A DNA stretch of 48,541 bases from an uncultured beta proteobacterium (GTDB lineage Bacteria > Pseudomonadota > Gammaproteobacteria > Burkholderiales > Burkholderiaceae_C). The stretch lies in contig CAJBMJ010000292.1 in assembly GCA_903954045.1 (NCBI GenBank), positions 1 through 48,541 on the forward strand. Reading direction: 5' to 3'. The notes beneath the pieces are model-generated. The model was not told where the DNA came from, did no database searches, and worked only from the letters and a program-made list of their open reading frames with translations. This document shows, one piece after another, positions 1-9,941 of the stretch. A program made the position numbers and the translations under genes. Position 1 is the first letter of the stretch, and the number at the start of each line of letters is the position of its first letter.

Positions 1-2
1 AG

Positions 3-3000
3 AAATTGGGTTTCCTTGCTCATGCTAGATACCAGTTTGGCATACCGCTCGGTGTTGGCGTCATCCAAAGGCGCATCCACTTCGTCCAGCAAGCAAAACG
101 GGGCCGGGTTGAGCTGGAAAATGGCAAACACCAAAGCGATGGCAGTAAGCGCCTTTTCACCGCCAGAAAGCAAGTGGATGGTCTGGTTCTTTTTGCCAGG
201 TGGCTGAGCAATCACCTGTACCCCGGAATCCAGAATTTCGTCGCCGGTAATCACCAGGCGGGCGTTGCCACCGCCAAACAGCTCCGGGAACATGCGACCA
301 AAGTGCAGATTGACCTGCTCGAAGGTGCCTGAAAGCAGCTCGCGCGTTTCGGCATCGATCTTGCGGATGGCATCTTCCAGGGTATTCATGGCCTGCGTCA
401 GGTCCACATTCTGGGCGTCCAGGAAGGTTTTGCGCTCGCGGGCAGCACCCAGTTCGTCCAGTGCAGCCAGATTGACCGCTCCCAAAGCTGCAATTTCGCG
501 GTGAAGGCGGTCAATATCGCCCTGCATGCCAAACAGACGCACATTGCCTTGCTGGATGCTTTGCTCAATGGCTGCCAGATCGGCCTTGGCGTCCTGCAAC
601 TGCTGCTCAAACTGTTCAAACCCCAGGCGAGCAGCCTGCTCCTTGAGCTGGAATTCCGTAATGCGCTGGCGCAGTGGCTCCAGTTCGCGCTCCAGTTGCA
701 TGCGTCGCTCGTCACTGGCGCGCAACTTGGCTGTCAGATCATCGTATTCGCTGCGCTTGGCTCCCAGCGATTGCTCACGCTCCATCTTGAGTGCAAGGGC
801 ATTTTGCAAACCGGCTTGTGCTGCGGCGTCGGTCAAACGGGCCAGCTCTTCGAGCGCCCGCTGCTCATCTGCATGAATGGACTGGGTTTGCTGGGCTGCA
901 GTCTCAATGGCCCTGGACAACTCCGCCGTGCGCGCTTGCAAGCTGCGCCGTGCAAACTCTGCCTCCTGTGCCTGGCGCTCCAGGGTTCGCTGCTGCTCGC
1001 GGCATTGCGTCAGCTTGCGCTGCCCATCAATCACCCGCTCTTCCAACTGGGCATGGCGCTCCTGACTGTCGGCCAACTGCATGTCCAGAGACTCGAAGCG
1101 CCCTTCAGCCTCCACCCGCCGCTCCTGCAAGTCGTCGAGCTGGGCAATCACTTCTGCAATATCCGATTCGATCTGGGCACTGCGCGCGCGAGTTTGCTCC
1201 AGCAACTGGGACAGTCGCAGCGTTTCCACCTGCAATTCATGGGCGCGACTCTGGGTTTCTGTGGCTTCCCGTCGCACACCGACCAGTCGCTGGGCGCTTT
1301 CGGCGTAAGTGCTCTCGGCGCGCCCCAAAGCAACACGAGATTCGTCTGCGATCAGCACCTGCGCACGCAATTGCTTTTCCAGATTTTCAATCTCCTGGGC
1401 CCGCTGCAACAACCCTGCCTGTTCGGAGTCCTGCGCATAGAAGCTGACGCTATGACCGGTTACCGCATGGCCGGACTTCACATAAATGCACTCACCGGCT
1501 TGCAACTGGCTGCGTTGGGCTAAGGCCTCTTCAAAGCTGGACGCAGTAAAACAACCGCGCAACCATTCGGACAGTACTGCCTTTTGTCCGGCATCGTTCA
1601 CACGCAGTAGGTCCTCCAACCGGGGCAAGCCAGTTGCACGCTCCTGGGTCGAGACAGAAGGTGGACTAAAGAAAGAAAGTTTGGCTGGCGGGGCATCGTT
1701 GGCAAATGCACGCAGCATGTCGAGTCGGGACACTTCCAGCGCGCCCAGGCGTTCGCGCAATGCGCCTTCGAGTGCGTTTTCCCAGCCCTGCTCAATATGA
1801 ATTCGGCTCCACAAGCCCTGCAGGTGGTCCAGGCCATGCCTGGCCAGCCAGGGTTGCAACTTGCCATCGGTCTTTACTTTTTCCTGCAAGGCTTTCAGAG
1901 CCTCCAGACGGGCAGAAAGATCGGCCTGGCGGGACGATTCGGTGTTGACAGCCTGCTGCTTTTCGCGCCGGGCATCGTCGAGCAGCGGAACCGCATCCTG
2001 CAGCTCGTGCAGGCGGGCATCCGCCACCTGGCTAGCTTCCTGGGCTGCCTCCAACTGTTCTTGCAGGCTGAGCAGTCGCGCCTCGTCGGGGGCGGAAAGT
2101 CCATTGCGGTCGGCGGACAAGCGGTCATGGCGGGTGCTGAGCTGGCGGCTTTGCTCCTCAATATTGCGCTGCTCTGCCGCCAAGACCTGAATTTGCTGCT
2201 GCACCAGCGAAACATCGCCGCGCTGCGCGTTGGCCGAGGCCTGGGCTTTCGCAACAGCCTCTTCCAGATCAGGCAACTGCTGCCCCTGCTCTTCCACCTG
2301 TGCGGCCAGCAATTCGGTTTGCTCGTCGCCCAGCAAGGCCAGCTCAGCCAGGCGCTCAATTTCAGCTTGTGCGTCGTCCCTGCGCACTGCCCATTGGCCC
2401 ACCTGTTCTTTCAGGCTGACCAAACGCTGCTCAACCCGCTGGCGTCCTTCCACTACAAAACGAATCTCTGCCTCCAGCCGTCCGACGTCGGTACTTGCCT
2501 CATAGAGCAGGCCCTGTGCCTGATTGACCTGATCACCCGCCGCGTAATGCGCTTGGCGCACAGTTTCAAGGTCAGCTTCTACATGACGCAGATCGGCCAT
2601 GCGGGCTTCCAAAGCGTTTACCGCTCCAAGGCCTTCGGTCTGTACTTTGCTTTGGTCTGCCAGGGCTTCCGACCGTTTGAGAAACCACTGCTGGTGCTGC
2701 TTGAGCGTGACTTCAGCCTGAAATGCGTTGTATTTCTGGGCCACCTCGGCCTGCTTTTCCAGCTTTTCCAGGTTGGCGTTGAGCTCGCGCAGGATGTCAT
2801 CCACGCGGGTCAGGTTCTCCCGGGTGTCCGACAGGCGATTCTCGGTTTCGCGGCGGCGCTCCTTGTATTTGGAAACACCGGCTGCTTCTTCCAGAAAGAG
2901 CCGAAGTTCTTCGGGCTTGGATTCAATGATCCGGCTGATCGTGCCCTGACCAATGATGGCGTAAGCCCTGGGGCCTAAACCGGTGCCCAGGAAAACATCC

Positions 3001-3383
3001 TGCACATCGCGGCGACGCACTGGCTGGTTGTTGATGAAATAGCTGCTGGTGCCATCACGCGTCAGCACCCGCTTGACAGCAATTTCACCAAATTGTCCCC
3101 ACTGGCCACCCGCACGGTGGTCGGCGTTGTCAAAAACAAGTTCTACGCTGGCCCGGCTGGCCGGTTTGCGCGTGTTGGTGCCATTGAAGATGACATCCTG
3201 CATGGATTCGCCGCGCAGCTCACTGGCGCGGCTTTCTCCCAAAACCCAGCGCACAGCGTCCATGATGTTGGATTTGCCACAACCGTTGGGCCCCACCACG
3301 CCGACCAGTTGGCCGGGGAGCAGGAAGTTGGTGGGTTCAGCGAAGGACTTGAAGCCCGATAACTTGATGGAATTGAGGCGCAC
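3..3383 (-). CDS. smc: Chromosome segregation protein SMC (3' end beyond the left edge of the window)
   Basis: Reverse strand from GTG at 3383 reads MRLNSIKLSGFKSFAEPTNF...VVGPNGCGKSNIMDAVRWVLGE (Walker A), then coiled coil. Near the left edge it reads LLSGGEKALT (signature) and FCLLDEVDAPLD (Walker B). It is absent from the ORF track, consistent with having no stop codon in the window. Confidence 0.96.
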   Translation of the reverse strand, partial: MRLNSIKLSGFKSFAEPTNFLLPGQLVGVVGPNGCGKSNIMDAVRWVLGESRASELRGESMQDVIFNGTNTRKPASRASVELVFDNADHRAGGQWGQFGEIAVKRVLTRDGTSSYFINNQPVRRRDVQDVFLGTGLGPRAYAIIGQGTISRIIESKPEELRLFLEEAAGVSKYKERRRETENRLSDTRENLTRVDDILRELNANLEKLEKQAEVAQKYNAFQAEVTLKQHQQWFLKRSEALADQSKVQTEGLGAVNALEARMADLRHVEADLETVRQAHYAAGDQVNQAQGLLYEASTDVGRLEAEIRFVVEGRQRVEQRLVSLKEQVGQWAVRRDDAQAEIERLAELALLGDEQTELLAAQVEEQGQQLPDLEEAVAKAQASANAQRGDVSLVQQQIQVLAAEQRNIEEQSRQLSTRHDRLSADRNGLSAPDEARLLSLQEQLEAAQEASQVADARLHELQDAVPLLDDARREKQQAVNTESSRQADLSARLEALKALQEKVKTDGKLQPWLARHGLDHLQGLWSRIHIEQGWENALEGALRERLGALEVSRLDMLRAFANDAPPAKLSFFSPPSVSTQERATGLPRLEDLLRVNDAGQKAVLSEWLRGCFTASSFEEALAQRSQLQAGECIYVKSGHAVTGHSVSFYAQDSEQAGLLQRAQEIENLEKQLRAQVLIADESRVALGRAESTYAESAQRLVGVRREATETQSRAHELQVETLRLSQLLEQTRARSAQIESDIAEVIAQLDDLQERRVEAEGRFESLDMQLADSQERHAQLEERVIDGQRKLTQCREQQRTLERQAQEAEFARRSLQARTAELSRAIETAAQQTQSIHADEQRALEELARLTDAAAQAGLQNALALKMEREQSLGAKRSEYDDLTAKLRASDERRMQLERELEPLRQRITEFQLKEQAARLGFEQFEQQLQDAKADLAAIEQSIQQGNVRLFGMQGDIDRLHREIAALGAVNLAALDELGAARERKTFLDAQNVDLTQAMNTLEDAIRKIDAETRELLSGTFEQVNLHFGRMFPELFGGGNARLVITGDEILDSGVQVIAQPPGKKNQTIHLLSGGEKALTAIALVFAIFQLNPAPFCLLDEVDAPLDDANTERYAKLVSSMSKETQF

Positions 3384-3475
3384 AGGCTTACAGGGGCAAA
3401 AACTTAGCCTTCAATGATACCGCGCCACCCCTTTTGACCCGCTTGGTTGGCACAGGCAGCGACCTTTGGGGAGAA

Positions 3476-3859
3476 TCAGCGCAATGCGTTTTCGATCTTG
3501 ACGGACAAGGCTGCCAGATTGGGCGGTTTGACCAGGTAACCGGAGACCCCCAGGGGGACAGCTTCGCCAACGGTAGCAGAACTGGAGTCTGCACTGAGAA
3601 AAATCACAGGGATATTGCTAATCTGGTTGTTAGGTAGCGAGCGCAACTGCCGGACGAACTCTATGCCACCCACTGGCTCCATGTGCACGTCGGTGATGAT
3701 CAGGTCCGGCTTGAGCTTGATCACTTCCTTGAGTGCAGTGGCGCCATCTTCGAAGGCAAACAAATCCAGAATGCCCAACCTTCGCAGGCTGGTCAATATG
3801 AAGGTGCTCATGATCTTTTCGTCTTCGACCACTACCACACGCGCTCTCTTGATATCCAT
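3476..3859 (-). CDS. Single-domain response regulator (CheY-like receiver)
   Basis: Acidic pocket VVEDE, phospho-acceptor in DLIITDVHMEPVGG, FLSA, and YLVKP. Confidence 0.9.
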   Translation of the reverse strand: MDIKRARVVVVEDEKIMSTFILTSLRRLGILDLFAFEDGATALKEVIKLKPDLIITDVHMEPVGGIEFVRQLRSLPNNQISNIPVIFLSADSSSATVGEAVPLGVSGYLVKPPNLAALSVKIENALR

Positions 3860-3899
3860 CGTTTCCTTTCAAGCCTTGCACTTATCGCGGCAGCGCGCT

Positions 3900-4265
3900 T
3901 CAGTCGGCGTTCAGGTAAGCGGAAACTTCCGCCAGCAGCACATCCAGCTCGGGACGCAATTCACCGTAAGCCGCTGCCACTGAAGCGCAGGACCCGTTCT
4001 TGCTCAGTAACTCGACCCGCGCCACATCAGAGCATAGGGCTTCGCCGCAAAAAATGGGCAAAAAACCCTTGAGCGGGTGCAGCAATCGATTTGCGGATAA
4101 CAAATCTCCACTGGAAAGCAGGCTGGAAATCTGCGGTATATCGCGTTGCAGGGTCTCTTCCAGCATGGTCAGCATACCTTGCATAGTGACAACGTCACCG
4201 ATTTGGGCGACTGCAAGTTCGGTATCCAGATAGATGGGTGGCGGGTCCTCGTGCAGAGAAGACAT
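3900..4265 (-). CDS. Hpt (histidine phosphotransfer) domain protein
   Basis: LLHPLKG matches the HxLKG Hpt motif in a ~120-aa helical protein. Start moved to ATG 4265 (MSSLHED...) because AGGAG lies just upstream. Confidence 0.75.
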   Translation of the reverse strand: MSSLHEDPPPIYLDTELAVAQIGDVVTMQGMLTMLEETLQRDIPQISSLLSSGDLLSANRLLHPLKGFLPIFCGEALCSDVARVELLSKNGSCASVAAAYGELRPELDVLLAEVSAYLNAD

Positions 4266-4320
4266 AGGCGGCTCCTGTTTTGCGAGGAGTGTATCGCCTG
4301 CTCGGGGATAATGACTCCCC

Positions 4321-5535
4321 ATGAACCCGAATTTGTTGCAGTTGCAGGCCTACCCATTCGAGAGGCTGCGCAAGCTTTTTGCCTCCGTGACGCCCAACCC
4401 GGACTTTCGTCCCATCAGTCTGGGCATTGGGGAGCCCCGCCACCCCACCTCTGAACTGATTAAGCAAGCTTATGCCAAAGCGGTCATGGATCCGGACGGT
4501 GGCCTGTCGGCCTACCCAGCCACCACCGGTGATATCACGCTGCGGTCATCGATAGCCCGCTGGCTGCAGCGCCGCTATGCTTTGAATCTGGACGTTGCCA
4601 CGCAAATACTGCCCATCAACGGTTCGCGTGAGGCGCTTTTTGCCTTTGCCCAAACCGTTGTTAATCCAGGCCAGAACCCATCCCTGGGCCAGGCTTTGGT
4701 GGTATGCCCCAATCCCTTCTACCAAATCTATGAAGGGGCGGCCTATTTATCCGGTGCACACCCCTATTTTGTGGCATCGGATCCTGAACGAAATTTTGCC
4801 CAGGATTGGGACAGTGTTCCTGCAGAGGTATGGGCCCGCACACAATTGCTGTTCGTTTGTTCGCCCGGCAACCCGGCCGGAGCCGTCATGCCTCTGTCGG
4901 AGTGGAAAAAGCTGTTTGAACTCAGCGACCGCTACGGCTTTGTCATCGCCTCTGACGAGTGCTACAGCGAAATCTACTTCCGCGACGAGCCACCTTTGGG
5001 TGGACTGGAAGCAGCCGCGCAATTGGGACGCTCGGACTTCAAGAACCTGATGGCTTTCACCAGCCTGTCCAAACGCAGCAATGTTCCGGGTATGCGCAGT
5101 GGCTTTTGCGCCGGAGATGCCAATCTGATCAAGCAGTTCTTGCTTTACCGCACCTACCACGGCAGTGCCATGAGCCTGGTGGTGCAGGCGGCCAGCGTTG
5201 CTGCCTGGGACGACGAACGGCACGTCGTGGAAAACCGTGCGAAGTACCGCGCCAAGTTTGCCCAGGTAACGCCCATGCTTTCGGCGGTGCTGGATGTCGC
5301 GTTGCCGGATGCAGGCTTTTACCTTTGGGCCAGGGTAGACGGAAGTGACACCGACTTCGCCCGAGACCTTCTGGCCCAATACAATGTGACCGTGTTGCCG
5401 GGCAGCTACCTGGCCCGGGAATCGCAAGGCTACAACCCTGGTGCCGGGCGAATTCGCATGGCGCTGGTGGCCGAGACCGAAGAATGTGTCGAAGCAGCCC
5501 GGCGAATTGTCCAGTTTGTGCAATCCCGAAAATAG
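4321..5535 (+). CDS. dapC: N-succinyldiaminopimelate aminotransferase
   Basis: YPFERL N-terminus, SDECYSEIY, PLP lysine motif SLSKRSNVPGMRSG; adjacent to dapD. Confidence 0.93.
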   Translation: MNPNLLQLQAYPFERLRKLFASVTPNPDFRPISLGIGEPRHPTSELIKQAYAKAVMDPDGGLSAYPATTGDITLRSSIARWLQRRYALNLDVATQILPINGSREALFAFAQTVVNPGQNPSLGQALVVCPNPFYQIYEGAAYLSGAHPYFVASDPERNFAQDWDSVPAEVWARTQLLFVCSPGNPAGAVMPLSEWKKLFELSDRYGFVIASDECYSEIYFRDEPPLGGLEAAAQLGRSDFKNLMAFTSLSKRSNVPGMRSGFCAGDANLIKQFLLYRTYHGSAMSLVVQAASVAAWDDERHVVENRAKYRAKFAQVTPMLSAVLDVALPDAGFYLWARVDGSDTDFARDLLAQYNVTVLPGSYLARESQGYNPGAGRIRMALVAETEECVEAARRIVQFVQSRK

Positions 5536-5595
5536 TTTCCGGACAGACAAGCCCCCAGGGCTTCGTCTGCCAAAGCCCTCCACAGAAAGACCCTC

Positions 5596-6420
5596 ATGAG
5601 CCAGCAACTTCAAAATATCCTCGATGCAGCGTGGGAAGACCGCGCCAACATCTCCGTGGCCTCTGCTTCTGTCGAAGTGCGCGATGCTGTAGAACATGTG
5701 CTTAACGAACTGGACGCCGGTCGGCTTCGGGTAGCAACCCGCGAGTCCGTGGGACAGTGGACAACCCACCAGTGGATCAAGAAGGCTGTGCTTTTGAGCT
5801 TTCGTCTGAAGGACAACGAAATCATTCAGGCAGGCGCCCTGGGCTTTTACGACAAGGTAGCCACCAAGTTTTCAGGCATGAGTGAAGCTGAACTCAAGGC
5901 GACCGGTGTACGCGTTGTGCCGCCCGCAGTTGCAAGGCGCGGCAGTTTCCAGGGCAAGGGAGTCATCCTGATGCCGTCTTACGTGAACATTGGCGCGTAT
6001 GTGGATGAAGGCACCATGGTGGACACCTGGGCGACCGTGGGTTCCTGCGTACAAATCGGCAAGAACGTTCACCTCAGCGGCGGCGTGGGCATTGGCGGCG
6101 TGCTCGAACCCATGCAAGCAGGCCCCACCATCATTGAAGACAACTGCTTCATCGGCGCCCGCTCCGAAGTGGTTGAAGGCGTGATCATTGAAGAAAACTC
6201 GGTGATTTCCATGGGTGTGTACATTGGCCAAAGCACCAAAATTTATGACCGTGCAACCGGTTCGGTCACCTATGGACGCGTTCCAGCAGGATCCGTCGTG
6301 GTGTCCGGCAACCTTCCCAGTGCCGACGGGAAATACAGCCTGTATTGCGCCGTGATCGTCAAGCGCGTCGATGCCCAGACCCGAGCCAAGACATCACTCA
6401 ACGATTTGCTGCGCGACTGA
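5596..6420 (+). CDS. dapD: Tetrahydrodipicolinate N-succinyltransferase
   Basis: [38 protein letters not shown], hexapeptide repeats. Confidence 0.98.
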   Translation: MSQQLQNILDAAWEDRANISVASASVEVRDAVEHVLNELDAGRLRVATRESVGQWTTHQWIKKAVLLSFRLKDNEIIQAGALGFYDKVATKFSGMSEAELKATGVRVVPPAVARRGSFQGKGVILMPSYVNIGAYVDEGTMVDTWATVGSCVQIGKNVHLSGGVGIGGVLEPMQAGPTIIEDNCFIGARSEVVEGVIIEENSVISMGVYIGQSTKIYDRATGSVTYGRVPAGSVVVSGNLPSADGKYSLYCAVIVKRVDAQTRAKTSLNDLLRD

Positions 6421-6443
6421 ATTCCCTGAACTGGAGGTTCAAG

Positions 6444-7604
6444 ATGGCCACGACCGAAAACACCGGAACCATGGAGCGCATCCTGCGCATCATGGGTGAG
6501 AAAAAAGCCTCGGACGTCTATCTCTCCGCCCATTCACCCGCGCTCATCCGGATCAACGGGCAATGTGTGCCTATCAACAACCAGGCCTTGCCCGCCAATG
6601 CACCGAAGAACCTGCTGGCAGAAATACTGCCCCCTGAGCGGATTGCCGAGCTCGAAGCCGAGGGTGAACTCAATATGGGTTTTCCGCTGGACGGCGTGGG
6701 ACGCTTCCGGGTCAGCGCCATGCGCCAGCGGGGCACCTACGCCGCCGTCATTCGCTACATCAGTGTCGACGTGCCTACCCTTCAGACACTCGCGGTCCCC
6801 ATGATGCTGGGAGACCTGATGCTGGAAAAGCGCGGCTTGCTACTCATGGTGGGATCCACAGGTGCGGGCAAAAGCACCACGCTGGCGTCCATGCTGGACC
6901 ATCGCAATGAGCGCACCTCGGGCCACATCCTGACCATTGAAGACCCGATTGAATTTTTGTTCAAGAACAAAAAATCTGTCGTGAACCAAAGGGAGGTGGG
7001 ATCCGACACTGCGTCACTGGAAATTGCACTCAAGAACGCTTTGCGCCAGGCGCCCGATGTCATCATGATTGGGGAAATTCGTGACCGCGAGACCATGTCT
7101 GCAGCCATAGCCTACTCCCAGTCGGGCCACTTGTGTCTTGCCACCATGCACGCCAACAACAGCTACCAGGCCCTCAACCGTATCCTGAGTTTTTATCCGG
7201 TGGAAGTGCGCCCCACCATGCTGGGCGACCTGTCCAGCGCCCTCAAAGCCGTCGTTTCCCAACGCCTGCTGCGCACCACTACCGGTGCCCGCACCCCGGC
7301 AGTGGAAGTGTTGCTCAACACCAAACTAGTAGCCGAAATGATTGAAAAAGGCGACTTCTCTGGCGTGAAAGAGGCGATGGAAAAGTCGATGGCCGAAGGT
7401 TCACAGTCGTTTGAGCACGACATTGCCCGACTGATCGTCGGCGGCCTGGTAGACCGCAAGGAAGGCCTGGCCCACGCCGATTCACCGACCAACCTGATGT
7501 GGCGGCTGCAAAACGACTTCACCAAAGCCGGCCCGAGCGTATCGGTGATGGATGACGACGAAGGCGCTTCGTTTACTGAAATCACGCTGGATGTGAAACA
7601 TTGA
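6444..7604 (+). CDS. PilT/PilU family type IV pilus ATPase (PilU-like)
   Basis: ASDVYL, Walker [32 protein letters not shown], His box [14 protein letters not shown] 6444 follows GGAGG. Confidence 0.9.
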   Translation: MATTENTGTMERILRIMGEKKASDVYLSAHSPALIRINGQCVPINNQALPANAPKNLLAEILPPERIAELEAEGELNMGFPLDGVGRFRVSAMRQRGTYAAVIRYISVDVPTLQTLAVPMMLGDLMLEKRGLLLMVGSTGAGKSTTLASMLDHRNERTSGHILTIEDPIEFLFKNKKSVVNQREVGSDTASLEIALKNALRQAPDVIMIGEIRDRETMSAAIAYSQSGHLCLATMHANNSYQALNRILSFYPVEVRPTMLGDLSSALKAVVSQRLLRTTTGARTPAVEVLLNTKLVAEMIEKGDFSGVKEAMEKSMAEGSQSFEHDIARLIVGGLVDRKEGLAHADSPTNLMWRLQNDFTKAGPSVSVMDDDEGASFTEITLDVKH

Positions 7605-8761
7605 TGAATGAAACCCTGACCCTGACCGAGCAACTCCTCAAGTTGGAGTCGGTCACCCCCAACGACGGAACGTGCCAGAAACTGATAGCCCAGCGGCTTA
7701 CCGCTTGCGGGTTTACCTGCGAAACGATGGTGAGCGGCCCCACCAGTTTCTCCGTCACCAATTTGTGGGCCCACCGTAAAACCTCGGGCACTGCCAAAAC
7801 CCTGGTGTTTGCTGGCCATACCGACGTGGTACCTACAGGCCCGCTCTCCGAATGGACGACTCCGCCCTTCACCCCCAGCCACCGGGATGGCAAGTTGTAT
7901 GGCCGGGGTGCGAGCGACATGAAAACTTCGCTGGCGGCCTTCGTGGTGGCCATTGAAGAGTTTCTGGCCGCTACACCCTCACCCCAGCTGAACATCGCCT
8001 TGCTGCTCACCAGCGACGAGGAAGGTCCCGGCGTGGATGGCACGGTCATCGTCTGCAATGCGCTCAAGGCACGGGGCGAAGTTCTGGACTACTGCATTGT
8101 GGGTGAGCCCACCTCTGTGCATCGCACCGGCGACATGATCAAGAATGGCCGCCGCGGCACCATGAGCGGTAAATTGACCGTCAAAGGTGTGCAGGGGCAC
8201 ATTGCCTACCCGCATATGGCCAAGAACCCCATTCACTTGGTGGCGCCTGCGCTGGCCGAACTGGTCGGAATTCAGTGGGATTGCGGTAACGACTTCTTTC
8301 CGCCCACCACTTGGCAGATCAGCAACATCCATGGCGGAACAGGTGCCAGCAACGTCATTCCCGGAACCGTGGTTGTGGATTTCAACTTCCGTTTTTCCAC
8401 AGAGTCGACACCCCAATCCCTACAAGCAGGCCTGATTGGCGTGCTCAAAAAGCACGGTCTGGAATATGACCTGGCCTGGACCATTGGCGGCTTGCCCTTC
8501 CTCACCACGCCCGGGACGCTGGTCGATGCTGTGCGCGACGCAATCACTGCAGAAACGGGCTTGACCGCAGAACTTTCAACCACCGGCGGTACCAGCGACG
8601 GACGTTTCATTGCCCAAATTTGCCCCCAGGTCATTGAACTGGGACCACCCAATGCCAGCATCCACAAAATCAACGAGTACGTGAATGTGGCGGATATTGA
8701 GCCTCTCAAGAACATTTACCGGCGAACCCTGGAAATCCTGCACCATCAGGCCAGCGCATGA
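7604..8761 (+). CDS. dapE: Succinyl-diaminopimelate desuccinylase
   Basis: [40 protein letters not shown]. Start overlaps the upstream stop (TGATG). Confidence 0.97.
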   Translation: MNETLTLTEQLLKLESVTPNDGTCQKLIAQRLTACGFTCETMVSGPTSFSVTNLWAHRKTSGTAKTLVFAGHTDVVPTGPLSEWTTPPFTPSHRDGKLYGRGASDMKTSLAAFVVAIEEFLAATPSPQLNIALLLTSDEEGPGVDGTVIVCNALKARGEVLDYCIVGEPTSVHRTGDMIKNGRRGTMSGKLTVKGVQGHIAYPHMAKNPIHLVAPALAELVGIQWDCGNDFFPPTTWQISNIHGGTGASNVIPGTVVVDFNFRFSTESTPQSLQAGLIGVLKKHGLEYDLAWTIGGLPFLTTPGTLVDAVRDAITAETGLTAELSTTGGTSDGRFIAQICPQVIELGPPNASIHKINEYVNVADIEPLKNIYRRTLEILHHQASA

Positions 8762-9663
8762 CCCTGCTGGAATTGATCGAGTCCTGCGCTCAACAGCTCA
8801 CCGACGCCCAGGTCGCTTTTGGTCACGGCACGACCAACGCCTTTGATGAAGCCGCCTGGCTGGTGTTGCACAGCTTGGGGATGCCCCTGGATACGCCGGT
8901 TCGTGGTCAGGATTCTGAAGAAAAAAGACCTGTAACGCCCGCAGAATCAGCGCAAGCAGCTACGCTTTTAGGAGCGCGCATTTCCTCCCGCAAACCCGCT
9001 GCCTACCTCACCCAGGAGGCCTGGCTACAAGGCGTTGCGTTTTTTGTGGACGAGCGGGTGATCGTTCCCAGGTCTTTGATTGCGGAGTTGCTGGCGGACG
9101 GTGGTATTGACTATTGGCTCACTGAATCCACCCGACGGGTACTGGATTTGTGCACCGGCAATGGCAGCCTGGCGGTAATCGCCGCCATGGTGTATCCGGA
9201 CGTAGAGGTAGAAGGAGCCGACATCTCGATAGACGCTTTAGATGTGGCGGCTATCAACGTGGCAAAACACCAGCTCGGTGAACGTATTGCCCTGATGCAC
9301 TCAGATGGTCTGGGTAACGTGCGTGAACCGTACGATCTGATTTTGTGCAACCCGCCGTATGTCAACGCCCAAAGCATGTCTAAGCTGCCTGCCGAATACC
9401 TTGCAGAGCCCGCCATTGCGCTGGACGGTAACCAGAGCGGCGGAAAAGACGGCATGGATTTCATCCGCAAGCTGCTGCGCGATGCCCCGCTGCACATGAA
9501 CGCCAATGGGGTATTGGTACTGGAAATTGGCAACGAACGCACCCATTTTGAAGCTGCCTTTCCTTCGCTGGAAGTGGTCTGGCTGGAAACCAGTGCCGGG
9601 GAGGACCAGGTGTTGCTGGTTGTGCGTGAGGCTCTGTTAACGCTTTTGCATGCGCCGAAGTGA
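8758..9663 (+). CDS. prmB: 50S ribosomal protein L3 N(5)-glutamine methyltransferase
   Basis: [37 protein letters not shown] overlap with dapE. Confidence 0.95.
   Translation: MTLLELIESCAQQLTDAQVAFGHGTTNAFDEAAWLVLHSLGMPLDTPVRGQDSEEKRPVTPAESAQAATLLGARISSRKPAAYLTQEAWLQGVAFFVDERVIVPRSLIAELLADGGIDYWLTESTRRVLDLCTGNGSLAVIAAMVYPDVEVEGADISIDALDVAAINVAKHQLGERIALMHSDGLGNVREPYDLILCNPPYVNAQSMSKLPAEYLAEPAIALDGNQSGGKDGMDFIRKLLRDAPLHMNANGVLVLEIGNERTHFEAAFPSLEVVWLETSAGEDQVLLVVREALLTLLHAPK
8927..8975 (+). repeat. Intragenic ~49-bp repeat, copy 1 (inside prmB, encodes [17 protein letters not shown])
   Basis: GACCTGTAACGCCCGCAGAATCAGCGCAAGCAGCTACGCTTTTAGGAGC. Ungapped 37/49 identity to copy 2 and 31/49 to copy 3 (counted by hand). 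Confidence 0.8.
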
Positions 9664-9901
9664 GATGGGCTGGATGAGTGACTTCGTTCGTGTCCCCCGC
9701 CCTTCGGGCTCCTCCTTTACCTCACTGCGCCACTCACCCAGCCCACCTCACTTCTCCGAGGGACGACTTACGCTGTTTTTCTGCAAGTGCACCACCAACC
9801 GCCGCAAGGCGGGAGGCTGGGGTACTGCGAAGCGCAGGTAAAGGATGATCCCGCACAGCGGGCGGGGGACACGGAGCTTCGCAGTACCCCAGCCTCCCGC
9901 C
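9657..9901. repeat. Composite REP/REPIN- or MITE-like element: two long hairpins with inverted shared cores
   Basis: 26-bp inverted repeat 9657-9682/9729-9754 (3 mismatches) and perfect 26-bp inverted repeat 9808-9833/9876-9901. The loops share CGTGTCCCCCGCCC...TCCTTTACCT in opposite orientations. Confidence 0.8.
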
Positions 9902-9941
9902 CCCCACTACCGACCGAACTGATTAACAAGCTATAGAACAA

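Noticed and set aside
501-2978. Long plus-strand ORFs 501-1523 (340 aa) and 1797-2978 (393 aa)
   Set aside because: They are antisense shadows of smc, which occupies the minus strand, and carry no recognisable motifs.
9650-9841. 63-aa ORF across the prmB/ABC-F gap
   Set aside because: It is a translation of the palindromic element and has no RBS or protein-like features.
9657-9901. Possible mini CRISPR array
   Set aside because: The repeats are inverted rather than direct, there are only two cores, and no cas genes are present.
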